DNA of 64,000 nucleotides from a virus (lineage: Duplodnaviria; Heunggongvirae; Uroviricota; Caudoviricetes): the IMG/VR virus record IMGVR_UViG_2718218131_000011, positions 1-64,000 of that record, one strand, 5' to 3'. The notes below the pieces were generated by a model, which had not been told where the DNA came from, ran no database searches, and worked only from the letters and a program-made list of their open reading frames with translations. This document shows, in pieces, positions 1 through 9,435 of this stretch. The position numbers and the translations under genes are program-made. Numbering within the stretch: position 1 is the stretch's first letter; each line of letters starts with the position of its first letter.

Positions 1-1014
1 ATGAAAACCGCCACTGCGCCGTTACCACCGCTGCGTTCGGTCAAGGTTCTGGACCAGTTGCGTGAGCGCATACGCTACTTGCATTACAGCTTACCAACCG
101 AACAGGCTTATGTCCACTGGGTTCGTGCCTTCATCCGTTTCCACGGTGTGCGTCACCCGGCAACCTTGGGCAGCAGCGAAGTCGAGGCATTTCTGTCCTG
201 GCTGGCGAACGAGCGCAAGGTTTCGGTCTCCACGCATCGTCAGGCATTGGCGGCCTTGCTGTTCTTCTACGGCAAGGTGCTGTGCACGGATCTGCCCTGG
301 CTTCAGGAGATCGGAAGACCTCGGCCGTCGCGGCGCTTGCCGGTGGTGCTGACCCCGGATGAAGTGGTTCGCATCCTCGGTTTTCTGGAAGGCGAGCATC
401 GTTTGTTCGCCCAGCTTCTGTATGGAACGGGCATGCGGATCAGTGAGGGTTTGCAACTGCGGGTCAAGGATCTGGATTTCGATCACGGCACGATCATCGT
501 GCGGGAGGGCAAGGGCTCCAAGGATCGGGCCTTGATGTTACCCGAGAGCTTGGCACCCAGCCTGCGCGAGCAGCTGTCGCGTGCACGGGCATGGTGGCTG
601 AAGGACCAGGCCGAGGGCCGCAGCGGTGTTGCGCTTCCCGACGCCCTTGAGCGGAAGTATCCGCGCGCCGGGCATTCCTGGCCGTGGTTCTGGGTTTTTG
701 CGCAGCACACGCATTCGACCGATCCACGGAGCGGTGTCGTGCGTCGCCATCACATGTATGACCAGACCTTTCAGCGCGCCTTCAAACGTGCCGTAGAACA
801 AGCAGGCATCACGAAGCCCGCCACACCGCACACCCTCCGCCACTCGTTCGCGACGGCCTTGCTCCGCAGCGGTTACGACATTCGAACCGTGCAGGATCTG
901 CTCGGCCATTCCGACGTCTCTACGACGATGATTTACACGCATGTGCTGAAAGTTGGCGGTGCCGGAGTGCGCTCACCGCTTGATGCGCTGCCGCCCCTCA
1001 CTAGTGAGAGGTAG
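1..1014 (+). CDS. intI1: Class 1 integron integrase IntI1 (tyrosine recombinase), complete 337 aa
   Basis: Translation [29 protein letters not shown]... with C-terminal [16 protein letters not shown] recombinase motif matches IntI1 as I recall it; ORF starts at window position 1. Confidence 0.95.
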   Translation: MKTATAPLPPLRSVKVLDQLRERIRYLHYSLPTEQAYVHWVRAFIRFHGVRHPATLGSSEVEAFLSWLANERKVSVSTHRQALAALLFFYGKVLCTDLPWLQEIGRPRPSRRLPVVLTPDEVVRILGFLEGEHRLFAQLLYGTGMRISEGLQLRVKDLDFDHGTIIVREGKGSKDRALMLPESLAPSLREQLSRARAWWLKDQAEGRSGVALPDALERKYPRAGHSWPWFWVFAQHTHSTDPRSGVVRRHHMYDQTFQRAFKRAVEQAGITKPATPHTLRHSFATALLRSGYDIRTVQDLLGHSDVSTTMIYTHVLKVGGAGVRSPLDALPPLTSER

Positions 1015-1191
1015 GGCAGCGCAAGTCAATCCTGGCGGATTCACTACCCCTGCGCGAAGGCCATCGGTGCCGCATCGAACGGCCGGTTGCGGAAAGTCCT
1101 CCCTGCGTCCGCTGATGGCCGGCAGCAGCCCGTCGTTGCCTGATGGATCCAACCCCTCCGCTGCTATAGTGCAGTCGGCTTCTGACGTTCA

Positions 1192-1216
1192 GTGCAGCCG
1201 TCTTCTGAAAACGACA
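1192..1216. repeat. 25-bp IRi terminal inverted repeat of class 1 integron
   Basis: GTGCAGCCGTCTTCTGAAAACGACA is the reverse complement of the IRi sequence TGTCGTTTTCAGAAGACGGCTGCAC. Confidence 0.8.
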
Positions 1217-1567
1217 ATGGAGGTGGTAGCCGAGGGTGTGGAAACACCCGACTGCCTTGCGTGGTTGCGGCAGGCGGGTTGCGACACGGTGCAGGGTTTC
1301 CTGTTCGCCAGGCCGATGCCGGCGGCGGCCTTCGTCGGCTTCGTCAACCAATGGAGGAACACCACCATGAACGCCAATGAACCGAGCACCAGTTGCTGCG
1401 TGTGCTGCAAGGAAATCCCGCTCGATGCCGCCTTCACGCCGGAAGGGGCCGAGTACGTGGAGCATTTCTGCGGGCTGGAGTGCTATCAGCGCTTCCAGGC
1501 GCGGGCCAGCACTGCGACCGAAACCAGCGTCAAACCGGACGCTTGTGATTCGCCGCCGCCAGGTTGA
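1217..1567 (+). CDS. tnpM: TnpM / urf2 C-terminal EAL-domain remnant
   Basis: 116-aa [31 protein letters not shown]... starting immediately after IRi, as in Tn21 where In2 interrupts urf2. Confidence 0.75.
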   Translation: MEVVAEGVETPDCLAWLRQAGCDTVQGFLFARPMPAAAFVGFVNQWRNTTMNANEPSTSCCVCCKEIPLDAAFTPEGAEYVEHFCGLECYQRFQARASTATETSVKPDACDSPPPG

Positions 1568-1692
1568 GGCATACCCTAACCTGATGTCAGATGCCATGTG
1601 TAAATTGCGTCAGGATAGGATTGAATTTTGAATTTATTGACATATCTCGTTGAAGGTCATAGAGTCTTCCCTGACATTTTGCAGGGAATTCC
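1568..1692 (+). promoter_or_regulatory. res resolution site region of Tn21 family
   Basis: Intergenic segment directly upstream of tnpR containing TGTCAGATGCCATGTGTAAATTGCGTCAGGATAGGA-type subsites; position as in Tn21/Tn501. Confidence 0.55.
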
Positions 1693-2253
1693 ATGACTGG
1701 ACAGCGCATTGGGTATATCAGGGTCAGCACCTTCGACCAGAACCCGGAACGGCAACTGGAAGGCGTCAAGGTTGATCGCGCTTTTAGCGACAAGGCATCC
1801 GGCAAGGATGTCAAGCGTCCGCAACTGGAAGCGCTGATAAGCTTCGCCCGCACCGGCGACACCGTGGTGGTGCATAGCATGGATCGCCTGGCGCGCAATC
1901 TCGATGATTTGCGCCGGATCGTGCAAACGCTGACACAACGCGGCGTGCATATCGAATTCGTCAAGGAACACCTCAGTTTTACTGGCGAAGACTCTCCGAT
2001 GGCGAACCTGATGCTCTCGGTGATGGGCGCGTTCGCCGAGTTCGAGCGCGCCCTGATCCGCGAGCGTCAGCGCGAGGGTATTGCGCTCGCCAAGCAACGC
2101 GGGGCTTACCGTGGCAGGAAGAAATCCCTGTCGTCTGAGCGTATTGCCGAACTGCGCCAACGTGTCGAGGCTGGCGAGCAAAAGACCAAGCTTGCTCGTG
2201 AATTCGGAATCAGTCGCGAAACCCTGTATCAATACTTGAGAACGGATCAGTAA
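1693..2253 (+). CDS. tnpR: Serine resolvase TnpR
   Basis: 186 aa, N-terminal [11 protein letters not shown] catalytic serine motif and C-terminal HTH; Tn21 TnpR-like. Confidence 0.95.
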   Translation: MTGQRIGYIRVSTFDQNPERQLEGVKVDRAFSDKASGKDVKRPQLEALISFARTGDTVVVHSMDRLARNLDDLRRIVQTLTQRGVHIEFVKEHLSFTGEDSPMANLMLSVMGAFAEFERALIRERQREGIALAKQRGAYRGRKKSLSSERIAELRQRVEAGEQKTKLAREFGISRETLYQYLRTDQ

Positions 2254-2255
2254 AT

Positions 2256-5222
2256 ATGCCACGTCGTTCCATCCTGTCCGCCGCCGAGCGGGAAAGCCTG
2301 CTGGCGTTGCCGGACTCCAAGGACGACCTGATCCGACATTACACATTCAACGATACCGACCTCTCGATCATCCGACAGCGGCGCGGGCCAGCCAATCGGC
2401 TGGGCTTCGCGGTGCAGCTCTGTTACCTGCGCTTTCCCGGCGTCATCCTGGGCGTCGATGAACTACCGTTCCCGCCCTTGTTGAAGCTGGTCGCCGACCA
2501 GCTCAAGGTCGGCGTCGAAAGCTGGAACGAGTACGGCCAGCGGGAGCAGACCCGGCGCGAGCACCTGAGCGAGCTGCAAACCGTGTTCGGTTTCCGGCCC
2601 TTCACCATGAGCCATTACCGGCAGGCCGTCCAGATGCTGACCGAGCTGGCGATGCAAACCGACAAAGGCATCGTGCTGGCCAGCGCCTTGATCGGGCACC
2701 TGCGGCGGCAGTCGGTCATTCTGCCCGCCCTCAACGCCGTCGAGCGGGCGAGTGCCGAGGCGATCACCCGTGCTAACCGGCGCATCTACGACGCCTTGGC
2801 CGAACCACTGGCGGACGCGCATCGCCGCCGCCTCGACGATCTGCTCAAGCGCCGGGACAACGGCAAGACGACCTGGTTGGCTTGGTTGCGCCAGTCTCCG
2901 GCCAAGCCAAATTCGCGGCATATGCTGGAACACATCGAACGCCTCAAGGCATGGCAGGCACTCGATCTGCCTACCGGCATCGAGCGGCTGGTTCACCAGA
3001 ACCGCCTGCTCAAGATTGCCCGCGAGGGCGGCCAGATGACACCCGCCGACCTGGCCAAATTCGAGCCGCAACGGCGCTACGCCACTCTCGTGGCGCTGGC
3101 CACCGAGGGCATGGCCACCGTCACCGACGAAATCATCGACCTGCACGACCGCATCCTGGGTAAGCTGTTTAACGCTGCCAAGAATAAGCATCAGCAGCAG
3201 TTCCAGGCGTCAGGCAAGGCCATCAACGCCAAGGTACGTCTGTACGGGCGCATCGGTCAGGCGCTGATCGACGCCAAGCAATCAGGCCGCGATGCGTTTG
3301 CCGCCATCGAGGCCGTCATGTCCTGGGATTCCTTTGCCGAGAGCGTCACCGAGGCGCAGAAGCTCGCGCAACCCGATGACTTCGATTTCCTGCATCGCAT
3401 CGGCGAGAGCTACGCCACCCTGCGCCGCTATGCACCGGAATTCCTTGCCGTGCTCAAGCTGCGGGCCGCGCCCGCCGCCAAAAACGTGCTTGATGCCATT
3501 GAGGTGCTGCGCGGCATGAACACCGACAACGCCCGCAAGCTGCCAGCCGATGCACCGACCGGCTTCATCAAGCCGCGCTGGCAGAAACTGGTGATGACCG
3601 ACGCCGGCATCGACCGGCGCTACTACGAACTGTGCGCGCTGTCCGAGTTGAAGAACTCCCTGCGCTCGGGCGACATCTGGGTGCAGGGTTCACGCCAGTT
3701 CAAGGACTTCGAGGACTACCTGGTACCGCCCGAGAAGTTCACCAGCCTCAAGCAGTCCAGCGAATTGCCGCTGGCCGTGGCCACCGACTGCGAACAATAT
3801 CTGCATGAGCGGCTGACGCTGCTGGAAGCACAACTTGCCACCGTCAACCGCATGGCGGCAGCCAACGACCTGCCGGATGCCATCATCACCGAGTCGGGCT
3901 TGAAGATCACGCCGCTGGATGCGGCGGTGCCCGACACCGCGCAGGCGCTGATAGACCAGACAGCCATGGTCCTGCCGCACGTCAAGATCACCGAACTGCT
4001 GCTCGAAGTCGATGAGTGGACGGGCTTCACCCGGCACTTCACGCACTTGAAATCGGGCGATCTGGCCAAGGACAAGAACCTGTTGTTGACCACGATCCTG
4101 GCCGACGCGATCAACCTGGGCCTGACCAAGATGGCCGAGTCCTGCCCCGGCACGACCTACGCGAAGCTCGCTTGGCTGCAAGCCTGGCATACCCGCGACG
4201 AAACGTACTCGACAGCGTTGGCTGAACTGGTCAACGCTCAGTTTCGGCATCCCTTTGCCGGGCACTGGGGCGATGGCACCACATCATCATCGGACGGACA
4301 GAATTTCCGAACCGCTAGCAAGGCAAAGAGCACGGGGCACATCAACCCAAAATATGGCAGCAGCCCAGGACGGACTTTCTACACCCACATCTCCGACCAA
4401 TACGCGCCATTCCACACCAAGGTGGTCAATGTCGGCCTGCGCGACTCAACCTACGTGCTCGACGGCCTGCTGTACCACGAATCCGACCTGCGGATCGAGG
4501 AGCACTACACCGACACGGCGGGCTTCACCGATCACGTCTTCGCCCTGATGCACCTCTTGGGCTTCCGCTTCGCGCCGCGCATCCGCGACCTGGGCGACAC
4601 CAAGCTCTACATCCCGAAGGGCGATGCCGCCTATGACGCGCTCAAGCCGATGATCGGCGGCACGCTCAACATCAAGCACGTCCGCGCCCATTGGGACGAA
4701 ATCCTGCGGCTGGCCACCTCGATCAAGCAGGGCACGGTGACGGCCTCGCTGATGCTCAGGAAACTCGGCAGCTACCCGCGCCAGAACGGCTTGGCCGTCG
4801 CGCTGCGCGAGTTGGGCCGCATCGAGCGCACGCTGTTCATCCTCGACTGGCTGCAAAGCGTCGAGCTACGCCGCCGCGTGCATGCCGGGCTGAACAAGGG
4901 CGAGGCGCGCAATGCGCTGGCCCGTGCCGTGTTCTTCAACCGCCTTGGTGAAATCCGTGACCGCAGTTTCGAGCAGCAGCGCTACCGGGCCAGCGGCCTC
5001 AACCTGGTGACGGCGGCCATCGTGCTGTGGAACACGGTCTACCTGGAGCGTGCGGCGCATGCGTTGCGCGGCAATGGTCATGCCGTCGATGACTCGCTAT
5101 TGCAGTACCTGTCGCCACTCGGCTGGGAGCACATCAACCTGACCGGTGATTACCTATGGCGCAGCAGCGCCAAGATCGGCGCGGGGAAGTTCAGGCCGCT
5201 ACGGCCTCTGCAACCGGCTTAG
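2256..5222 (+). CDS. tnpA: Tn3/Tn21-family transposase TnpA
   Basis: 988-aa ORF directly downstream of tnpR in the same orientation, ending inside the terminal inverted repeat. Confidence 0.95.
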   Translation: MPRRSILSAAERESLLALPDSKDDLIRHYTFNDTDLSIIRQRRGPANRLGFAVQLCYLRFPGVILGVDELPFPPLLKLVADQLKVGVESWNEYGQREQTRREHLSELQTVFGFRPFTMSHYRQAVQMLTELAMQTDKGIVLASALIGHLRRQSVILPALNAVERASAEAITRANRRIYDALAEPLADAHRRRLDDLLKRRDNGKTTWLAWLRQSPAKPNSRHMLEHIERLKAWQALDLPTGIERLVHQNRLLKIAREGGQMTPADLAKFEPQRRYATLVALATEGMATVTDEIIDLHDRILGKLFNAAKNKHQQQFQASGKAINAKVRLYGRIGQALIDAKQSGRDAFAAIEAVMSWDSFAESVTEAQKLAQPDDFDFLHRIGESYATLRRYAPEFLAVLKLRAAPAAKNVLDAIEVLRGMNTDNARKLPADAPTGFIKPRWQKLVMTDAGIDRRYYELCALSELKNSLRSGDIWVQGSRQFKDFEDYLVPPEKFTSLKQSSELPLAVATDCEQYLHERLTLLEAQLATVNRMAAANDLPDAIITESGLKITPLDAAVPDTAQALIDQTAMVLPHVKITELLLEVDEWTGFTRHFTHLKSGDLAKDKNLLLTTILADAINLGLTKMAESCPGTTYAKLAWLQAWHTRDETYSTALAELVNAQFRHPFAGHWGDGTTSSSDGQNFRTASKAKSTGHINPKYGSSPGRTFYTHISDQYAPFHTKVVNVGLRDSTYVLDGLLYHESDLRIEEHYTDTAGFTDHVFALMHLLGFRFAPRIRDLGDTKLYIPKGDAAYDALKPMIGGTLNIKHVRAHWDEILRLATSIKQGTVTASLMLRKLGSYPRQNGLAVALRELGRIERTLFILDWLQSVELRRRVHAGLNKGEARNALARAVFFNRLGEIRDRSFEQQRYRASGLNLVTAAIVLWNTVYLERAAHALRGNGHAVDDSLLQYLSPLGWEHINLTGDYLWRSSAKIGAGKFRPLRPLQPA

Positions 5223-5255
5223 CGTGCTTTATTTTCCGTTTTCTGAGACGACCCC
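5218..5255. repeat. 38-bp terminal inverted repeat of Tn21-family transposon
   Basis: CTTAGCGTGCTTTATTTTCCGTTTTCTGAGACGACCCC is the reverse complement of the Tn21 IR GGGGTCGTCTCAGAAAACGGAAAATAAAGCACGCTAAG. Confidence 0.85.
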
Positions 5256-5511
5256 AAGAAGCACGGCGCGGTTTTGCTAAAGTGATGTCTGAGTTTGGCG
5301 AATTTTTGGGGCACGTTGACAAAGCCCTCTCAATCAGTTCAGCAAGGTCCAAAGCATTAACAGCTTCCATGATGAAATAAAAAAAGCCTGGCAAGGAGCC
5401 AGGCTGCACAAAAGAGCGGGTTTGTATTCCGCATCCAATCAATCAAGAAGGAGTATAGCACACAGGTACTGAAGTGAAAAAATGTGATTCGCGATAAACA
5501 AAATATCTACC

Positions 5512-5528
5512 ATTGCTCTAATTGATCG
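5512..5528 (+). promoter_or_regulatory. C1 repressor operator-like site upstream of ref
   Basis: ATTGCTCTAATTGATCG matches the P1 C1 operator consensus ATTGCTCTAATAAATTT at about 13 of 17 positions. Confidence 0.45.
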
Positions 5529-5595
5529 CTATAATTGAGCCGCAGTTTTTGTCAACTACGAAGACGTTGCCATTACTTAACTCCTTGACATCATT

Positions 5596-5621
5596 GGCGG
5601 CCATCAGGCCGCCTTTTTTTT
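5596..5621 (+). terminator. Terminator-like hairpin plus T-tract in the ref leader
   Basis: GGCGGCC-ATCA-GGCCGCC stem-loop followed by eight T residues, ending 6 bp before the ref ATG. Confidence 0.4.
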
Positions 5622-5626
5622 GCCAT

Positions 5627-6187
5627 ATGAAAACAATCGAACAAAAAATTGAACAGCACCGTAAGTGGCAGAAGGCAGCCAGAGAACGAGCGATCGCTCG
5701 GCAACGGGAGAAGTTGGCTGATCCGGCCTGGCGAGAATCTCAATATCAGAAAATGCGGAATACTATCGACCGCCGTATCGCTAAACAGAAAGAGCGCCCA
5801 CCAGCCAGCAAAACGTGGAAAAGCGCGGTAAAAATAAAATCTCGTGGCTTGAAGGGACGAACACCGACGGCGGAGGAGCGGCGCATAGCCAATGCTCTTG
5901 GCGCTCTCCCCTGCATTGCCTGCTATATGCATGGAGTAATATCTGAAGAGGTGTCTCTGCACCATATCTCCGGTCGTACCGCGCCTGGTTGTCACAAAAA
6001 GCAATTGCCACTTTGTAGATGGCACCACCAGCATGCAGCACCGGCTGAAGTAAGAGAAAAATACCCCTGGCTGGTCCCTGTTCATGCCGATGGTGTGGTT
6101 GGAGGCAAGAAAGAATTCACCTTGCTGAACAAGTCAGAGATGGAGTTGCTGGCTGACGCCTATGAGATGGCAAACATAATGCACTAA
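5627..6187 (+). CDS. ref: Recombination enhancement function Ref (HNH endonuclease family)
   Basis: 186 aa starting MKTIEQKIEQHRKWQKAARERA; Cys/His-rich HNH-like core CYMHGV...LHHISGR...CRWHH; recognised as P1 Ref. Confidence 0.85.
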   Translation: MKTIEQKIEQHRKWQKAARERAIARQREKLADPAWRESQYQKMRNTIDRRIAKQKERPPASKTWKSAVKIKSRGLKGRTPTAEERRIANALGALPCIACYMHGVISEEVSLHHISGRTAPGCHKKQLPLCRWHHQHAAPAEVREKYPWLVPVHADGVVGGKKEFTLLNKSEMELLADAYEMANIMH

Positions 6188-6376
6188 TAAATATATTATT
6201 TTTAATCTGAAATAATTGACAACTGACAAGTGACTTCAGTCAGAATCATCACATGCCCGGTACGGATGGATCCCTTTTCAAATATTCCATGGACGGCACA
6301 GTCTGAGTACCGGGCGCTACCTTCAGTTGTATTGCTAAGCCGCCGCTGGTGGCTTTTCTTTTTTATAAGGGGCGCT

Positions 6377-7018
6377 ATGGATAAGAAAATATGCGTTGTT
6401 TCGATGAGCGTCGGCAAACCGGCGTCAATGACTGCCGCATGGATCAACAATGAGCTGATAATGGCTGAGCGGACCAGCTACCCTGAACGCCGCCGCGATA
6501 TGGAACTCCAGCTGCTGCGCGAATTGCGAGAAAAAGAGGAAAAGGGTTTTATCGTGCTGGTGGAAGAGGAAAACAGCTTTATTACGGGTCGAGTTGGCCA
6601 GCGTGTAAGGTTGCGCGATCCCTTCATGAACGGCAGGCCGGTACTAATTGAAGCAATGCAGATTTACAAGGAGCTGGAACGCCAGAAAGCGATCAAGTTA
6701 CCGCGCAAAGAATCCGGCAAATACATCCTCCACCAAAGCATCTTCGATTCCGAACACGACAAAAAAGGCGATGAATTTTTCAACATCAACTGGAGCGAAA
6801 TAACGACAGAGCACGTTCTGTCGTTGTTATGCTGCTTCGCAACGGAATATAACAACGTTGCAAGCGCCGACTACATCAGGGCAATGGCTGGAGAAGTTGA
6901 GGCTCGCCAGGAACCATCGTTACTAAGCCCTCTGATTAACATAATTCGCGGAACCCAATGTCTAGCCGACAAGCGAGTTCCTCAAGGCTTACTTACCGGC
7001 AAAGAAAACTATTTATAA
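6377..7018 (+). CDS. Hypothetical protein at the position of P1 mat
   Basis: 213-aa ORF from MDKKICVV; backbone-like base composition; no recognisable motifs. Confidence 0.4.
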   Translation: MDKKICVVSMSVGKPASMTAAWINNELIMAERTSYPERRRDMELQLLRELREKEEKGFIVLVEEENSFITGRVGQRVRLRDPFMNGRPVLIEAMQIYKELERQKAIKLPRKESGKYILHQSIFDSEHDKKGDEFFNINWSEITTEHVLSLLCCFATEYNNVASADYIRAMAGEVEARQEPSLLSPLINIIRGTQCLADKRVPQGLLTGKENYL

Positions 7019-7047
7019 TTAATTACGTCAGTAGCCAATAGAGATTT

Positions 7048-7080
7048 TTGTTGTGGAACAAAAATATATATTTTACAATC
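7048..7080 (+). promoter_or_regulatory. Putative sigma70 promoter of the two-gene cassette
   Basis: TTGTGG (-35), 17-bp spacer, TACAAT (-10) about 30 bp upstream of the cassette start; GGGGGA ribosome-binding site before the ATG. Confidence 0.3.
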
Positions 7081-7108
7081 TAGTAACTTTGGGTGGGGGA
7101 TTATTACA

Positions 7109-8149
7109 ATGATGAATATTAAGCCGCTGAAAATTAGGAACAAGGTCATGAAGCCTCATAAAGCATTATTAAACCCTGACCTAACCGCAAGGAATGTACT
7201 TACATACAGTCATTGGGATTTTGTCGAACTCTGGTTAAAGCGAAACGAAAAAGATGAGGCTCTTTTTTATTGGGAGCAAGCAAAAGTATTTAATCAGGCG
7301 GCCAATGGTTTACCCAACCAATCAGCCCCACTTTTGCACTATTATTCATTCATGAATGCAGTAAAGGCGTTACTTTCATCTCGCAATATAAACTTCAAAC
7401 AGCATCATGGTGTTGCTAGGGGTGAAAATGCAGCCCAAATTGATAACTTATCTGATATAAAAGTAAAAATAAAAAATGAGGGTATACTTCCGTCTTTTTC
7501 AAAATATATTGACGGCACCTCTCATGAGGGGGTGTACAATATAAAAAACCTTTTTTCTGGATTGCCATATATTCATCGTACATATTGCCTTACTTATGAT
7601 GTAACTGATGATATATTTATTCCACTGATCGATGCTGAGTTCGTTTTGAATGAGTCAGACAATAGCCTGTTTTTCACTGCGATTTTATCCAAGGATTTTC
7701 GGTTCGACACAGTTTTCGACATTCTACCGCCAGCGTTCGAATTGTTTGAAAGAGAAAAGTACAAAATAAAATCAGTAGAATCATTACTTGATTATAATGA
7801 AAATCAATCGTCCAACATGCCGCAATTAACTGAATTTCATAAAAAAATAAGAAGAAATCTTTACTATATCAATGGCGCAGAGACTCTTTGGTATCTCAAA
7901 CGTAAAAACAATCAATCTGAGCATACTTCTGTTTCAATATCGCCATTGGTTATAACCCTAGCAGCTATGCATCGATTAAGTGAGCTATGTCGGTATGACC
8001 CACTTAAGCTAAGACAGTTACTAAATGAAAAAGAAAACTGGATTATTGCTGAATTTATTCAACAATCTCCGTCACAGTTTATAGATGCAATTTCATCTGA
8101 AATTACTGGACACCAATTTCTTATCCCAAACGTAAGGTCTGCTTCTTAA
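7109..8149 (+). CDS. Hypothetical 346-aa protein, cassette component A
   Basis: Long ORF in strongly AT-rich DNA with a good RBS; predicted largely helical, no TM segment; no family recognised by eye (a weak R-x6-H element near residue 250 is the only HEPN-like hint). Confidence 0.7.
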   Translation: MMNIKPLKIRNKVMKPHKALLNPDLTARNVLTYSHWDFVELWLKRNEKDEALFYWEQAKVFNQAANGLPNQSAPLLHYYSFMNAVKALLSSRNINFKQHHGVARGENAAQIDNLSDIKVKIKNEGILPSFSKYIDGTSHEGVYNIKNLFSGLPYIHRTYCLTYDVTDDIFIPLIDAEFVLNESDNSLFFTAILSKDFRFDTVFDILPPAFELFEREKYKIKSVESLLDYNENQSSNMPQLTEFHKKIRRNLYYINGAETLWYLKRKNNQSEHTSVSISPLVITLAAMHRLSELCRYDPLKLRQLLNEKENWIIAEFIQQSPSQFIDAISSEITGHQFLIPNVRSAS

Positions 8150-8658
8150 TGAATATATATATCGCATGCGCTTTAACTCATGTTCCAAGGGAAATTTTCC
8201 ATGAGTACAGTAATTGGATTCACAGCCTTGCAAAAGGTCTATCTCAAAATAACAACGTAAAATATGCTTTGATAAATAGTGACCCAGAATTATCAAAGCG
8301 CCCTGAAAGTAACAAATCTAGACTTTGTTACATTTGGGACAGAGATATGGTTGAGAAATCTGATGTAATAATTGCAGAATGTAGTTTTCCATCAACAGGG
8401 CTAGGAATAGAGTTGCAGATTGCTGAACAGAAGAACATTCCTGTAATCATCTGTTATAAAGATTATGGGATAAATAAAACTAAAACCATTGAATACGTGA
8501 ATCCAGATGAGACTACCCATAATCTACAAGTTGGCGAGGGTTTCATTTCTCATATGGTATTAGGACTACCAAACATCCTTGATGTCATATTATGTAAAGA
8601 TATTGATAACACATGCAGGAAGCTAAAAATACTGTTAGATATGATTAACCATAATTAA
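8149..8658 (+). CDS. Nucleoside 2-deoxyribosyltransferase / DNPH1-like fold protein, cassette component B
   Basis: 169 aa; N-terminal MNIYIACAL strand and PSTGLGIELQIAEQKNIPVI motif resemble the NDT/DNPH1 signature (GLGMELGYA in Lactobacillus NDT, recalled from memory); start codon overlaps the stop of component A (TAATG). Confidence 0.65.
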   Translation: MNIYIACALTHVPREIFHEYSNWIHSLAKGLSQNNNVKYALINSDPELSKRPESNKSRLCYIWDRDMVEKSDVIIAECSFPSTGLGIELQIAEQKNIPVIICYKDYGINKTKTIEYVNPDETTHNLQVGEGFISHMVLGLPNILDVILCKDIDNTCRKLKILLDMINHN

Positions 8659-8688
8659 AAATTAACACCCACTTAAGATGTCTAAACC

Positions 8689-8708
8689 AGCCCGGTATTA
8701 ACCGGGCT
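8689..8708. terminator. Stem-loop between the convergent cassette and lxc-like gene
   Basis: AGCCCGGT-ATTA-ACCGGGCT 8-bp perfect stem; no clear T-tract. Confidence 0.35.
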
Positions 8709-8716
8709 AGACAAAC

Positions 8717-8965
8717 TTAATCAGCATTCAGGAGCAATGCATTATCTATGATGATTTGCTCCCATTCTTCGAATGCCCGGTCGCGGACGCCCTGGGGAAC
8801 GCTGTTAGTTTTGAAATCGACGACCGTACGCCATTTCCCGTCCGGACGGTACATGCGCAGAGCTTTACTTCCCCCCTCCCTGCGCACCTCAACGTTATGC
8901 TTATCAGCAAACTCTTGTAATGCTCGTAGCGTCCCATGCTTTACTGTGTAGTATCGCTTTTTCAA
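8717..8965 (-). CDS. Small protein at the P1 Lxc position
   Basis: 82-aa ORF last in the darB-containing leftward operon; name by position and size only. Confidence 0.45.
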   Translation of the reverse strand: MKKRYYTVKHGTLRALQEFADKHNVEVRREGGSKALRMYRPDGKWRTVVDFKTNSVPQGVRDRAFEEWEQIIIDNALLLNAD

Positions 8966-9402
8966 GTTTTCTCTCCAGCCTGTGCTAAGGCTTCAACTTC
9001 CAAATCGTAAGACTCAAACTCATAGTCCTGGTCGTCAACCTCTTCAGGCACTGGCAGTAAATGCCAGGCTGAGTATATCTGACCATTATCAAAACGCTCC
9101 TGGCTGTAGAGCGTCGCGGCTATGAGCGTCAGCGCCGGGCGGTCATAACGGTAAATTTTGCGAACGTCACGGTCAACGAGACGACCGAAATTACCATAAC
9201 CGCGCTCCAGTAATAATTTTTTAATTTCCGGCCAGTATGGACCATAGCTGCGGTACAGACGGGGATTTTTCAGTAATCGCCCGCGTAGCCCTGACAGGAA
9301 GAAATCAACGTATTCGTCTTCTGTCTTTCCTAACAACGCTGTACGGAGCACCGCCTCAAGATATGTTTTATTCGGTTTTATTGTATCAGATAGTGTGGCC
9401 AT
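8962..9402 (-). CDS. P1 Ulx-like protein
   Basis: 146-aa ORF between darB and the lxc-like gene on the same strand; name by position and size only. Confidence 0.45.
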   Translation of the reverse strand: MATLSDTIKPNKTYLEAVLRTALLGKTEDEYVDFFLSGLRGRLLKNPRLYRSYGPYWPEIKKLLLERGYGNFGRLVDRDVRKIYRYDRPALTLIAATLYSQERFDNGQIYSAWHLLPVPEEVDDQDYEFESYDLEVEALAQAGEKT

Positions 9403-9435
9403 ATTATGCGACGCCCGGCGAACCGGGCGCTCCTG

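Larger units (their letters stand above)
1..5255 (+). mobile_element. Tn21-family transposon arm including the intI1 end of a class 1 integron; left part lies outside the window
   Basis: Contiguous intI1, IRi, tnpM, res, tnpR, tnpA and 38-bp terminal repeat in the canonical Tn21 order; GC-rich relative to downstream DNA. Confidence 0.9.

Noticed and set aside
2463-3191. 242-aa minus-strand ORF and several other 60-100-aa ORFs inside tnpA
   Set aside because: Fully embedded antisense in a well-supported transposase gene in GC-rich DNA, where long spurious ORFs are expected.
5191-5442. 83-aa minus-strand ORF spanning the Tn21 terminal repeat
   Set aside because: Crosses the transposon boundary and contains a hairpin plus T-tract terminator (about 5379-5404 on the minus strand); at most a remnant of a disrupted backbone gene.
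5522-5626. N-terminal extension of the ref ORF (221-aa version)
   Set aside because: P1 Ref is 186 aa starting MKTIEQ, and the extension contains the operator and terminator-like hairpin, so I placed the start at 5627.
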